Below the pieces are notes generated by a model that did no database searches, had not been told where the DNA came from, and worked only from the letters and a program-made list of their open reading frames with translations. The position numbers and the translations under genes are program-made. This document shows, in pieces, positions 37,916 to 49,900 of a DNA stretch of 64,000 nucleotides. This stretch comes from Raillietiella orientalis (Eukaryota). The stretch spans positions 1,302,001-1,366,000 of the forward strand of contig JAYWIR010000026.1 in the NCBI GenBank assembly GCA_036172245.1, read 5' to 3'. How positions within the stretch are numbered: position 1 is the first letter of the stretch; the number at the start of each line of letters is the position of its first letter.

Positions 37916-40149
37916 CGACTGGGAGCCAGCCGTGTCTTCCGCTTAGCATGGAATGCTGTTCCTCCATGTCTCAAAGAGCACGCGCGACCCGCCGTCCGAT
38001 CCTTCCGCGCACCCTCGCCCCGAAATCCGAAGGAACTCGTTCGCCGCCCGCCAGGGCTGCATTCGAAGCCAAGTGGCGGAAGCTGCGGGAGCGAACGGGA
38101 AGCGATCGGGGATGAATCTCCAGCGGAAGGGCAGGTCGAGGCAGACGCGCGCGGCTCCGCCCATTCACGCGGAAGGATCGATCCGCGTTGCCCATCTTCA
38201 CGCTAATCCTCGCTCCGCTCCGGCACCGAGCAAGAGGCTGGATGCGCGAGCCGCTCTGCAGGAACTGCCCTCGCCCCAACGAGGGGACGCCTTCGCCGCA
38301 CGCACGCTGTGCCCTTCGAGCTCCTCCCGCTGCCCAACACTGGCCGTGGGCAATCCGTCCCGTGCATTTCTTGTACCTGCAATCCGAAATGTTCGGAGCA
38401 GCTGCGGAAGGGAGGAAGGGTTTTGAGGGCTTCTTGGCAAAGGGGAGCATCGGCTTGAAGAAAATGAACGAAACAGTGAATGAGGGAAAGAGATCGCGTT
38501 TCCGGAAGTCGGGGGAGTTGCAGCACCCGAGAGGCGCTAGCCTTGGGAAAGGGGAAGCGTCCGAGCGCGCTTTTGGGGCATTCGTCCGGTGGAAGAAGTT
38601 AGGATTTTGAGAAACCGGGATGCGATTAACGAAGGGTGCCTGTTGCTACCCTGGGTCCGTGAAGATGCACTTCGCGAGAGGAAGGATGATAGGAAAGGCT
38701 TGAAAATGTGTTTCTGGGAGCCGATGGAGCAGAGCGAGTCTAGGTGCCCAGGAGCGTTCTCGCTAGACCAAAGAGACCGGGATTTTTTCGAGGTTCTTCC
38801 GCGGTGCAAGCTCCTCTCACCCTCGGTGATTTCGCGCGTCTCATGGGAAGGAGTTTCAGTGAGCTGCTTGAGCGCTTCGCATCCGTTTGGATGGTTGCAG
38901 TCGGATGCTGCAAAGACCGGGTCCTTTCTTTCTGATCGGTTGTGAAAAGCGTAGGGGAACGTTTTCGTTTCCCTACGCTTTCTGTTTTTTCCGGTTGTCG
39001 CACCAGACCGCCCTGGAAATGCAGTCAGGACTGTCCTCCTGCATCCGATGTCGCGTTTACCTGCGGGATGCACTATTCGAAGAAGAAGGAGGAGTGGAGG
39101 AAAGGAGTCAGGTCTCAGGTCGGACACTCTCCCTCAGTGGGAAGTTTCAAGGGAATTCAGGTCTGGCATCCTGAGTGATGTCTTCCGGACGGATCCGCAC
39201 ACTCCTCTTCACTCGAGCGTTTCTCTTTAGCGTGGCCGCAGCAGTCACATCGACTGCTCTGAGGAGCTTTCTAAAGCGTAGGGGAACTCTCAGATGTTCC
39301 GGAGCTGAAGTCGCGAATGAGACCTGATCTCCGGAACTTGCGTCGGGATATTTCCGGAAAGTCTGGTTCGGTACTGAGGAGGAGTGATTCCACCGTTCGA
39401 TGCCCGGCTGGCCGGTCACTCTGGTCTCGGAGCGTTCGCGAAGTGGTCTCTCTCCTCGAAAACAGCCATCTCCACACCTCCACGGTGACCTTTGCGGAGG
39501 CTGCTTCCGAGGTTCCGGAAGAAGTACGGTACGTACTTTGAGAGCGAAAGCGGCACATCGATTCAAAGTACCTGCAGAAAATCAGAGTTCGTGGGCACAC
39601 CTCGTTGTTCGGTCGATCACCCACGTCAGGGAAATGTAGGGAAATGTAGGATGAGGAAGAATGCCGCATCGGTGAAGGCATCCTCGAGTACATTTGGTAA
39701 CTCCTCGGTTTTCTCTCAGCAGGATGGGGAAAAAGCAATTCCAGGGAACCTTGCCACACGTTCTTGTAATGCATCCAACGCCAGAACAGCCGGCTTACAA
39801 TGCATACGGTCTCTTTATTCGTGTTGTGCAAGATTTCAGCCTTGATGACCTTGAGAAGCCGTCGGTTCCTAGCGAACTGACGACAGAAGATTGTGTCATA
39901 CGACTTATAGCAGCTCCATTTTTGTGCGGAGTAGCAGTCTCCATGGTTTGAGGAGAAAGGGACGGCAGCTTTTGCGAAGCTCAGCTCCCACCGCGCCCTC
40001 TCGGCCCACAAGAACAGCATCATCCCGCAGCAGCTCAGCTGCTCCCCTCCAAGACTGGGACAATCCTGCACCCGGAAGAGATCGAATCATTGGTCGTGTG
40101 CGTACGAAAGCTTGACAGTTCCTCCGGACTAGCTCGGAGCGTCCTCTTC

Positions 40150-42265
40150 CCTAGCACCCGAGAAAGGCAGATCGCTTCTTCTTCAGACAAGCTCACGCAC
40201 CGTCAAGGATCTCTTGCCAAGGGACTGCAGCCTCAGGCGTCGAGGATGCCGATCGCGTTGATTTGCCCGTGCTTTTACGCGCATGAGCGCAGAAGGCGTG
40301 AAAGTGGTCCGCACTGGCGGCCGCGTGGCTACGGTCTCCGGGCGTGGCGCCAAGGGTTGCGGAAGGCTCGCGGCCCAAACCAGCTTCGTCCCGTCTCACG
40401 CAGGACGACTCCGGTTTCGCCCTTCGGGTGAGACACTGGTGGAATCCGAACGCCCCCCGTTGACTGCTCCTGATTTGAAGTTGACTCCAGAGCTCCTTCC
40501 AGGAATCAAGGAGCGTTGCGGATGGTGCCTTCGCAGCTTTTGCTTGTGAGATGAGATCCGAGATGCGTGTCTCTTCACGTCCTTCTCATCCTCCGTGCTC
40601 ATCCCCCTTTTTTCTCTCTCGCGATGCGTCCCTTCGCTCTCAAGGTGGAGGCACTGCCACTCTTCCACGGAAGGAGCTGGAGAACGCTTCCGCTATCCCA
40701 ACGACCAGCCTAATCTTCAGGTTGCCGCCTCTTCCCCACCTGAGGTTATCCAAGTCAGTTCCTTTTTTTTTGAGACAATGAACTTGAACTCCCCCTCCCC
40801 CGATCAGAGGGAAGCTTTTTCCAGGGCGTTCAACTCTGCATTCCCTGGATTCTTGTTTTCCCCCTCACTGCTCCCCTTGTGCATTGTCCCTCCTGGAAGG
40901 ACTTTTCAATCTCCAGAACCTGTTGCTCCTCTTGCGTCAGAGTCTGCGTAGCGTGGTGGAAATGATCAGGAGGGCAGGTCCCGTCGCGCTTCACGGTTTC
41001 CTCTGCCCAAGAAAATCTCAAGAAGGGAGAAGGAAACAAGAAGGAAGAAAGGAAGAAGAGAAGGTGGAAGGTTTTCTTTTTTTTCTGATTCCGAACTGCT
41101 ACGACTGCCTTTGACCTGCTTTCCACGTACCAGGAAGGCTGCTACTCCCCCTCTTCTTCCTCTTCCAGACCCGCGACTTCCTTGTTTGCATGAACATATC
41201 CGAGGTGGTGGAATCTTCATCCCACCCCTCCAGCCTTGCCTTCGAAACAGCAGATACAGTCGTCAGTGGTTGAGAGAGATTCCAGGGAACACCAGGATTC
41301 TGCTTCGGCCGTTGTTCACCTCCCCAACTCCATAGATTCCCTCCCTAAGGGAAGGAAGGGAGAGAGGTCTTCCGACAAGGTGGAAGGTGACGTATACTAT
41401 CGAAAATAGAAGACAACATTCTAAATGCGTGGACGACTCGGGAGCTGACAGATTCTGTCACCCCGAGTGTCCCTGTAAAAGACTTGCGCTGTGGAGAGCT
41501 ATTAGAAATTCCTCCGGTGGAGAGATAGTAATCCCCAGCGTGCTGGAACAGTGCAACCCTCCCTCTATAGTGGCAAGGGTCGACGATCCCTCTGTTGCAT
41601 TGGGGCTTCCCGTGCAACACCCGCCGACACCATTGGTCCCGAAGGAGTGTAAGCCACCACTGCAGCAGGTGCGGCGAAAGAGTCCCTCTCGCACCTGCTC
41701 GTGGATCGTGTTGCCCTCTGCTCCCTTCCAGGATGCTTTGTCGCGTCTCGTGTAACCCCCGGCCGCAACGCCGGAGTCGTTTTCAAGCGCCTCTTCCTTT
41801 CCGACGCCCTCACGCACCCGCATTCCTAGGAGCACTTTGGTGCTTAGGTGGCGGGACCGTGGCTGCCTGGAGCAGCTCCAGAGGATGCCAGGACGACACG
41901 GACGCCATGTATTTTGCTGTCCTCTCCATGAGGGGGATAGCGTCGAGATGGCCCCATCTGGGAACCCTAAAACAGGAACCTGCTTGCTCCCTGCATTGGA
42001 TGCAGAGGACGCCCTCCAACCACTGGTGATCGCTTTCCGAACCCTCCCAATTTTTCTTGTGTGTATTTTTTTGTTTCATTTTTCTTGTTTGCCTTTTCTC
42101 CCTTCCCGCCTCTGCTGCCTAGGAGAACCCCTCTGGCCTGCGCGCCACTTCCCTCCAAATTCCCTCTCGTAGTTATAAGTCGCGTGGCAGGATCAAACGT
42201 CCTGTCACTGACTTGTATGTTTATTTTTTTGTACAAATAAACTCTCCGGCGCAACCGGGTATCAA
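40150..42265 (+). mobile_element. L1/Tx1-like ORF2 3' relics with zinc knuckle and 3' UTR inside the right arm (mirror at 27181-29300, minus strand)
   Basis: LEGLFNLQNL resembles GGL.L.NL; HWGFPCNTRRHHW..HCSRCGE / ESLSHLLV matches 8560-8670; T-rich tail with AATAAA at 42236-42241. Confidence 0.75.
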
Positions 42266-42269
42266 TCTA

Positions 42270-43400
42270 GCCCGTCCAGAGGTGGCAACTGCGTCCACCT
42301 GAGGGGCGAAGTGTCTCCTCCGTCCTGACAGAGGAATGCCACCATGTCCTCCTGCAGAAAGGAGGCTCCTACAAATTTGCTCTAAAAGAATGTTAACATC
42401 TGCAGACTCAGGGAATTGAAAACTGAAAGTAGCACGGAGGAAACAAAATAAAAAACGAAGCGGTGCCTAAGAGAGAAGAAATCGCAGATCCTGATGACTT
42501 CAACGCGAGCTGATGGGGAATGGACCTGCAGCTGACTGAGGGTTTTGTTAAAGCGAGCTGTATGAGAAGGGAGATGAGGCGGTACATCGGATCTCCTCCA
42601 GAGATGGGCATCTCTGACGCTTGGAATTGTTTGGATAAGGATGGAGATGGCTGATGGTAGTAGAGAATGAATAGGGGAGCTGGTTTTTGCTATGTTAGAA
42701 GAATGGTGGTTGATAGTCATGAAGGGTTATTAATGATAGGTAAGATTCAGTATTCGAAAGGGTATCATTCCCAGTTTTAGGATGATAATGAGTGAATTGG
42801 ATAAGGATATCATATCCCCCATCGGTAGGGAAGGAGTTAAGGAAGATGCAGGTGCACAAGAAGTGATGGCGACACTGTTGGAACGAAGAAGGATTTTACT
42901 TTCGAGTCATTGAACAAACAGGGAGGGGATGGAGAGGAAATGATGGAGAGAACATCTGGATCCGAGATGTTTTTTGTGACGAATGTTGTGAATCGCATCT
43001 GACGAGCACATCATGGAGGCTTCTGCGACCGGAGCATCCATTGGGACGAAGAAGTTACGAGTAATCTCTTGATGCAGGAGTCCAGAACTCAAGAGATGCT
43101 GCGAAAGTCCCAGAAATTGCCGGCTTCCCGCTTGGATCGCGAGGAGCAGCAAACCGCGCGTCGACAATCCGCTCCTCATTGGGTGGTGCACACCGTCTGT
43201 GTTTCTCCTTGCTACTATTCGGAGGCATCATTAATCTCGAATTTAATCTCCTGTCCATCATCACATCGCCATCAATTTCCTTATGATCCCCTGTTATCGC
43301 AGCGAGAAAAATGACTGTGACGAGTTCCGTCTTCTTTCCATTCGGCTCCTTTGCTGTCTCTCCTCCTGTCGCTGCCAGAACCATCATTCTGATCACATTC
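42270..43400 (+). mobile_element. L1/Tx1-like RT core relic, interrupted by the ND2 NUMT
   Basis: VHLRGEVS (cf. V.VNGE.S), YKFALKE (cf. LFALA.E), IADPDDF (cf. YADD) and EGFVKASCM (cf. F...SGL) appear in order; very decayed. Confidence 0.4.
42620..42815 (-). pseudogene. ND2: NUMT: mitochondrial NADH dehydrogenase subunit 2 fragment
   Basis: Minus strand, invertebrate mt code (TGA=W, ATA=M): IIILKLGMMPF [frameshift] YWILPIINNPSWLSTTILLT*QKPAPLFILYY, matching ND2 LKLG..PFH.W...V...L.W.....L.TWQK.APL. Strong A/C versus G/T strand skew unlike the flanks. Confidence 0.85.
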
Positions 43401-43517
43401 TCCCTCCCCCCTATGAGAGTCGCTCGCGCTGCAGCAGGAATCCATCTGTTCGAACAAGGCAGAAAAAATCGCCAAGAATCATCCTATCAGGCGAAATTTT
43501 GTGTCCCTCTGTCTCCC

Positions 43518-43547
43518 ATCATCATCGTCGTCGTCGTCGTCGTCGTC
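43518..43547. repeat. Compound (ATC)n(GTC)n microsatellite
   Basis: catcatcatcgtcgtcgtcgtcgtcgtcgtc read directly. Confidence 0.9.
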
Positions 43548-43639
43548 CCTGCCTCTTCCCCCTCCTCCTCTCGAATCCATCAAGCCTCGCAACCCACAAC
43601 GTCCACTTTCATGGTCGTGAGGTCACAGCTGACGGCGCG

Positions 43640-45100
43640 CAGTACCTATAGTCGCGGGTGCAGATCCCGCCCGGGGAAGGATCGATACCGAGAAATGTGT
43701 GCGCCGTGGGTCCCGAGTCACCTCATGCAGAGTGGTGCCGGTCTGCTCACGGACTTCAGATGTGGCATCCCGGTGTGGCGCTTGCACATGTTGGAGACCA
43801 CAGACCAGAATTTGGAAGCAGACTGTATCCGGGTCCTTCCAGGAGTCACGGAACGGGTTCCCCTCGGGGTTCCGCTCCACCATGTGTAGTGGACTCAACA
43901 CTCCATCTCGGAGTGTCCTCCATCGTGTCGTGGAGAGTTGGGTTCCCCTCGGGGGGTTTCGTCCCTGGTGTGTCGGAAGCGCGCTCTCTTCGGAGAAGCC
44001 CTCCAGAGGAAATAGGAAGCGCTTCCTTCGGGATTCTGTTCAGGGGGATGAAAAAAAAAAAAAAAAAGAGTGGTCCCCTTCGGGGCTGCCTCCAGAAAAG
44101 AAATCAGGAGAGGTTTCTTTCTGGTTCCCTTCTGAAGAGAATTCGAGAAATTTCCTTCAGGATTCCTTTCGAAAACAACCAGGAAGAGGAGCGTTCCCAG
44201 CGGGGCTCCCTCTTAAGAGTGAAGAAGGACGAACTCCACCCTCGGAGCGTCATTGGAGGGTGATTCCTTTGGGGGCTTCCCCTGACTGAGCTCCCCCCCA
44301 TCCCTCCGGGCGAAGTAAGAAAAGGTTAATGAGCCCTCCTGAGGCGGCATCGCCGAGCCGCAACGATGCCCCCCGGGAGTGAGCGCTTCTCAGCGAAAGG
44401 AAAAGACAGAGAATCCGGAAGGAGAGCAGCAAACAGGAGAGCCTACAGCTCCCGCTGCCAGAGCGCGCGTATCCACGTCGCTCTGCCGTGTCCACGTCTC
44501 TCTCCTTGACTACCAGGACGATCGTTCTCATCCTCTTTCCACAGTCTCGAAAGAGCTCTCTGCTTTGATACTGCCGCCGGTTGGAACTCCCTGCGCGAGG
44601 CAGGGCGCCTTTCCTTTCTGTCGGCTGCAGCCGCCCATCGGCAACCATGCTCAGACCCTCTCCTCTCTACCTATGCAGGTTGCTAGGCTCAGTCGGTGGA
44701 GATCCTCAGCCGCAACCCAGGCTGATACTTAGAGCAGCGTCCTCACCTATTCTGGAAGCGATCCCCGACCTCTCCAGGACTCCGACTTGAGGCATCCTCT
44801 TCAGGATCCCTCAAGAATTACTTCTTTTCCGGAATGGCTTCCCAGCCGCAGTCCGCAGCCCCCTTCGCCGAGCCGGAAGAGTTCTGGAGACGCAGGGATC
44901 TGCGTGCCGAGTCCAGAAACAAGACGCTACTCCTGTTTTCTGAAGATGACGAGGCGACAGCTCACTGGGTCCAAGACAGAAAGAGCCGCCTTATTGAGGA
45001 GGCAGGGAGGGGGGCATTCGATTTAGAAGGACCAGGGTCACACACATGCGAGGAAAATGTTAATCCATCGAGTTAGATCAACGGGCCTGGAGCAGCACGT
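43640..45100 (+). mobile_element. Two further L1/Tx1-like family fragments
   Basis: gatcccgcccggggaagg and gggtccttccaggagtcacgg family blocks (43660-43850); RLSRWRS...SSVL and PEEFWRRRDL (44680-44910) resemble the L1 post-RT W...LS..GR...SVL and P...GG.G..DL motifs. Confidence 0.55.
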
Positions 45101-45419
45101 CTCGCCTTTCGTGGTGCACCGTCCAGCTTACCCGCAGCATTGAAGAGCCTTGCTGTTTTCCCCAAGACGAGCTGCTTCCCTGCGAACGGATGGGCCATCT
45201 CCTCCAGGCATGGGGCGCGAACCTCACCGTGCTGCAGGCAACGTTCCTGGGGAATAACACTCCGAGGACAGAAATTCTTTTGGAATCTTCTGCTTCGCTG
45301 TTTTCCTACCGGGGCTCATTTTTTTTTTGGTTCGCCAAGTGTTGAAGAACTGTTCGCCCCTTCGGGATGGAAAGAGGAGGGCTTGCATATTTCTTTGACC
45401 TTGCCCATGCCACCCCAGG

Positions 45420-46200
45420 AAGAGTGTCACTCTTCAAGATAGAAGTCAACCCCGGAGGGACCATCCTATGAATCCAGGAAAGCTACGGAAGAAGGGAGTC
45501 CGCTCCTGCCACACGTGGTAGGCGAACCCCGAAAGGATTCCTCCTCCTGGTTGTCTCCGGTAGGAACCCTCGGAGGGGCCGCTCCCTATTTCTTCTCTGC
45601 AGGGAATCCCCGGAAAGGATCTGCTCCTTGATGACTCCTCTGAAGAGAACCTCGAAGGGGCGCTTCCCGATTTCTCTAGAGGGAACTCCCGATGGGAGCA
45701 GTGAACTTCTTAACATTCCGGAGGGGTATCAACCAGCCACATGGTACGTGATGGGTCCTCCCATCATGTACCATGTGACTGGGACAAATCTGAGGGACGG
45801 CTCCATTTTCAAGGCCGGAAGAGAACTCCGGAGGGAGCCGGCTCGCCTTGATTCCTGGAAAGAACCCAGTCAACTTTCAATCCCGGGCGGTCAACGGGAA
45901 CATCCGGTTGCTGGTTTCTACCCGGTCAACCAGCGTCGTCTTGAGGAAGAAGGTGAGCTCGAAACCCAAGGCGCGCCCACTCCTTGGCTTCGTGCCTTCC
46001 CCAGGCGGGACTCGAACCCGTGACGCTCAGTGTCGCACGCGGAGGCCGCAGCCACGCGGCTGCCGCCGAACTCGTCTGGCGCGACGGAACGCCTCCCGGA
46101 ATGTTCGGGTCGGCACCGCGCATCCCAGGGCAGACTTCGCGACGTGCGCTCTTCGGGATTTGTCGCGGCGAGCGAGCAGGAAGAGGCGGGGCGTGCTTGA
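45420..46200 (-). mobile_element. L1/Tx1-like family fragment
   Basis: QIPKSARREVCPGMRGA (ORF 45926-) versus QIPKSARRKVCPGMRGA (ORF 36892+); EIGKRPFEVLFRGVIKEQIL versus EIGKCTFGALFRRVIKERIL (ORF 8276+). Confidence 0.8.
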
Positions 46201-46999
46201 TTCTCAGCAGCACGCTTTCGAGCGTCCCTTCATCTGACACTACGGGCTCGTCTTGGCTACAGCCTCTGCTTTCTCCCTGGTCACGTCACTGCCTGCTTGC
46301 GCGCTTCTTCTGTTTGACTCTTCCAACATACCAGGATGGAGTATGCAGAGGAACAGAAGAAGAAATGCGGCTCTTCGAGCACAGGAAAGAAAGGCCCCAC
46401 TTTTAGAAGAGACTAACGACTCTATGAGATTCTGTACTTTCAGAATGCATTTTCAGAGGAAGAGAAGAATCTCCGGGGAGTCTTCTCGAAATAGCTCTCG
46501 TCTTTGCGCCTTCTTGCACTCTTCGGATCTTCCTTGAGAAGGTTCCAGATCTTGCGGGTGAACGCAGATCCGCGTTACCGAAGAGGAACGCGCGGGTGCT
46601 AAGGGGGTGGCTTTCCAAGGAGGGTGGCCCCACATCTTCTGACGGGCTGGCCCCTCTGGTCTTGCCGTTCCCTCTCCGTCGGACGAAGTCATTGGATCTT
46701 GGGATTTTCTCACTCCACAGGTCGCGTTTCGGCATCGCGCCCTCTCCCAGGGGTTGGGTTACGGCATTGTTCTGCAGCGGGTCTTTGCGCGTCCGCGAAC
46801 CGCAGAAGGAATCATCCCGGCCCCCCGAGGTCATCCAAGAAGAGAATCAGCTCATGGCTCACGAAGGAGGAGGGTGGTGAAGGGGTCTGCACCCCCGTGC
46901 GAGCAAGGTCCATGGGCGGCAGGAAGCACCGGGGCGGATGTGGCAGGTGCTTGACCGGCTCTGTCTGCTTCCTCCCCATCCTTGCTACCGGCATCGAAG

Positions 47000-49900
47000 A
47001 ATTCCGCCCTTTGATCCCCTCTGCGGTCGAAGAAGGCGTTGCGGTTTTTTTTTTGTTGTTTTCTTTTCCCCCTTTTCCGCCTCTCTTCAGAGCGAGGAGC
47101 AACCTTTTCTGCCAGGCAGGGAGCAGCTGTGCCGCAACGCGAGAACTCCTCGTTGTTCCGGTCGTGCTCGAGGTCCGCTGTTGTTCCGCAACGCGCAGCG
47201 GGTCCAGGGGGTGCTGCCGCAGCCCCTGGACCCACTGCTGACGACGATTTCGGATGTGGAACGCCTGGAGCACGATCGCCTTCTGTAGCTGGATCTTCCC
47301 CGGCAGACACGCATCCGCACTGTTCTTCGCCGCTCCTCCTCCCCGAAGAGTTCAAGCGCGGCCGCCACGGGGCAACGTTTTTCCCGGTGTCGAGTTTCAA
47401 GCATTTCAGCCGCCAGGAGGGATTCTTCTTCGCCTCGAAGGCCGTTCTTAGATGCTGAGAACCTCTCGCGGCTGATGCTCCCACGTCCCGCGTACTCACA
47501 TCGGACGGGAGGACAGAATCGTTCCGTTGACCCTGCAGACTCCTCACTCTGACAGGCAGTTCGTCTCCGGCAGCATCCGCAGCTGCCTCCCTCCCCCCCT
47601 TATTTGTCGGACCGGAAGCTGCTCGCTTGGTTTCCCGGGAAGAGACCTGCGGCTCCTTGTCGGGGAAGGGAAAAAAAAGATGTTTTTTTTTTTTTTTTCG
47701 GACAATCGAGCCTCGTAGAAGATTTCGGACCTGCTTGCCTCCGAGGCCTCGCGGGGTGGCGATGGGACCCCCAGCCTGCTCCTCCGGACACCGTTTCCAG
47801 TGCGCCCTACAAACGACTCACTGGAAAAAACCCGCCACGTCGCGGACTCCCCCGGCCGTCTCCACCGAAAAGGACGGAAAACTCGCTCGTGACTCACGGA
47901 GATTCCGGGAAAGGACGAGCGACCCTTGGAGATGGCGCGAATATCTGAAGGGAGGCTAGCTGAATTTTCGGTCCGGACAGGGCGGGGGGGGGGAGAGCGC
48001 CGAGGGGCAGGAGAGCAGCCTGAGGTGTGTGTGCGTTGCTGCTGCCACCGCCGGTGATCGGTTTCCCTGGAGAACGGGTGCTCGACCTTTTCGCTTCATG
48101 CGTCCCGTCGAAAAATCTGCATCACGTTCGCACGTAGCCGGGGAGGAGGAGGAACTTTGGGAAAGGGCGGCCGCGGAGGTCCGAAAAAGCTCGTCTCGCG
48201 GGAGATCTATCCCGCCGGGGGGTCGGCAAGTACCTGCAGACTGGGAAAAGAGCTCTTTCGCCGAGGAAATCGCACACAGAGAGCGCTCTCGCCGCGTTGC
48301 AATTAAATCGGCGAACGTTCAGCAGCGGACCGGAAATGCCCGTCCGGTGCGTGGTCTCGGAAGAGCAGACAGATAGGCGCCGAGGGGGCAGGGCACAGAC
48401 GGCATCGTGCGATACCACTGCGGGTCAGTTTAACCCGGAGCTTTGTTGAAGCCTCGCCATTTTCGTTGCATGTCATTTTCTTGTCCGCATAATCGATCCT
48501 GTCAAAATCTTCCCATCTTAACGTGCAGCTCCTCCGACACCCACCCATAACGTTTATCGCTAGGAGCGCTGCGCCTCTCACATGACCACGTGCAAACAAA
48601 AGGGAAATTGATAGCAAATGTTAAATCTTTAACGAACTCCTGGACCGTAGGTTTTCGCCGTGTGTGGAAACTGCACGAAAGATAAGAGTAAAAAAAAAAG
48701 GGAGAAAGAAGGAAGATGACGAAAAAAAAAAAAAAGGAAAACAAATTCGAGTGACTTTGTCGTGGATGCCAAGCGGACGGTCCGACACGGCAGAGTTTCA
48801 CCGGGATGCAGACCGGAAGCCGCGAATCGAACTCGCAGAAAAACGAGAAACTTCCTTTTTCCCCTTCGAAACCGCAAAAAGGGGAGATCGAAAGTGCAAG
48901 CTGGAGTTCCCTGGCCGTAGCAGAGGCCAGCTGACGGTGAAGCAGCTTGTCTTGTAGAGATGGAGGATTCAGGAAGCCATGGATACGACCGCTGGCTTGC
49001 ATCTGTGTGCGCTGCCTTCGCGGACGCAGGTAGCCGCTGACTGAATCGGATTTCTACCAGAACGAAGCTAAAAGGGTAGGCTACCTGCTGGGTAGTCAAC
49101 TCCAAAATGCACCCTGCTAAAAGGTCTCAATCCCCTTCGGCAGTGCATTTTTTTGCACAAATGGCCACTAGGCTTCGAGTGTTATGAGCCTGCTCAAACT
49201 GCGTCCCGCAAAGATGCAACCAAGCTCTTTCGATAAGCCGAAAACCTTTGCTGAGAGTCCGGTCCTTCTCCCTAGGCCAATTTTATGGTCCAGCGGCCGA
49301 CGAAATTCCTCCGGCAGCTGTGGTAGCGCGATGGAGTCGTCAGCATGCAAAACTCCCAGCCACACTGCCTTCGCACCCCTCTCTGCGCCATCCGTCTGGG
49401 CTGCAACCGTGGCTCAGAAGGTTTTCCTTGTTCGCTCCATAGTATCCAGGGAAGCTGAACACGGAGCTGGGTAATCCTTCACAACCGGTGATGCATGCTG
49501 ATTCGGAAGATGGGATCTGCCAAACCACACGAGCCTGTCGCCGACTGCCGACTTGTCGTTTCTGCTGGGCATTCCACACGCATCGCGAAAGCCGAAAGGA
49601 CGAGGGAAAGAAAAATTCGATGGAGCAACCGCACAAGCACATCTCGGATTAAAGGTCGAGTTCAGAAACAGCTTCTTCCGAAAGCAGTCGCACCCGACAG
49701 CCAATTAGTCACGCTGAGACGGTTGACCATGGAAGCCTTCTGCAGTGGAAGCCGCTGAAGGGTGCCATTATGGACAAGACTCGCAAAATTTCGAGGTCCA
49801 TCTTCGTGATCTGTAGCCGATGATGGTAGAAGATCCTCTTGGAACGGATGAAGATTGGTGGTCTTGTAGGGTTGGTTTCAGTTGGAACTGGCCGAGATGC

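Larger units (their letters stand above)
36255..42265. repeat. Large palindrome (inverted repeat 2), right arm ~6.0 kb including a 505 bp arm-specific segment
   Basis: Reverse complement of 27181-32674; e.g. the 266 aa ORFs 29375..30175+ and 39271..40071- differ by one residue. Confidence 0.97.

Noticed and set aside
48186..48210. aagctcgtctc resembling miR-993
   Set aside because: Only about 11 contiguous nt match and there is no proper precursor arm.
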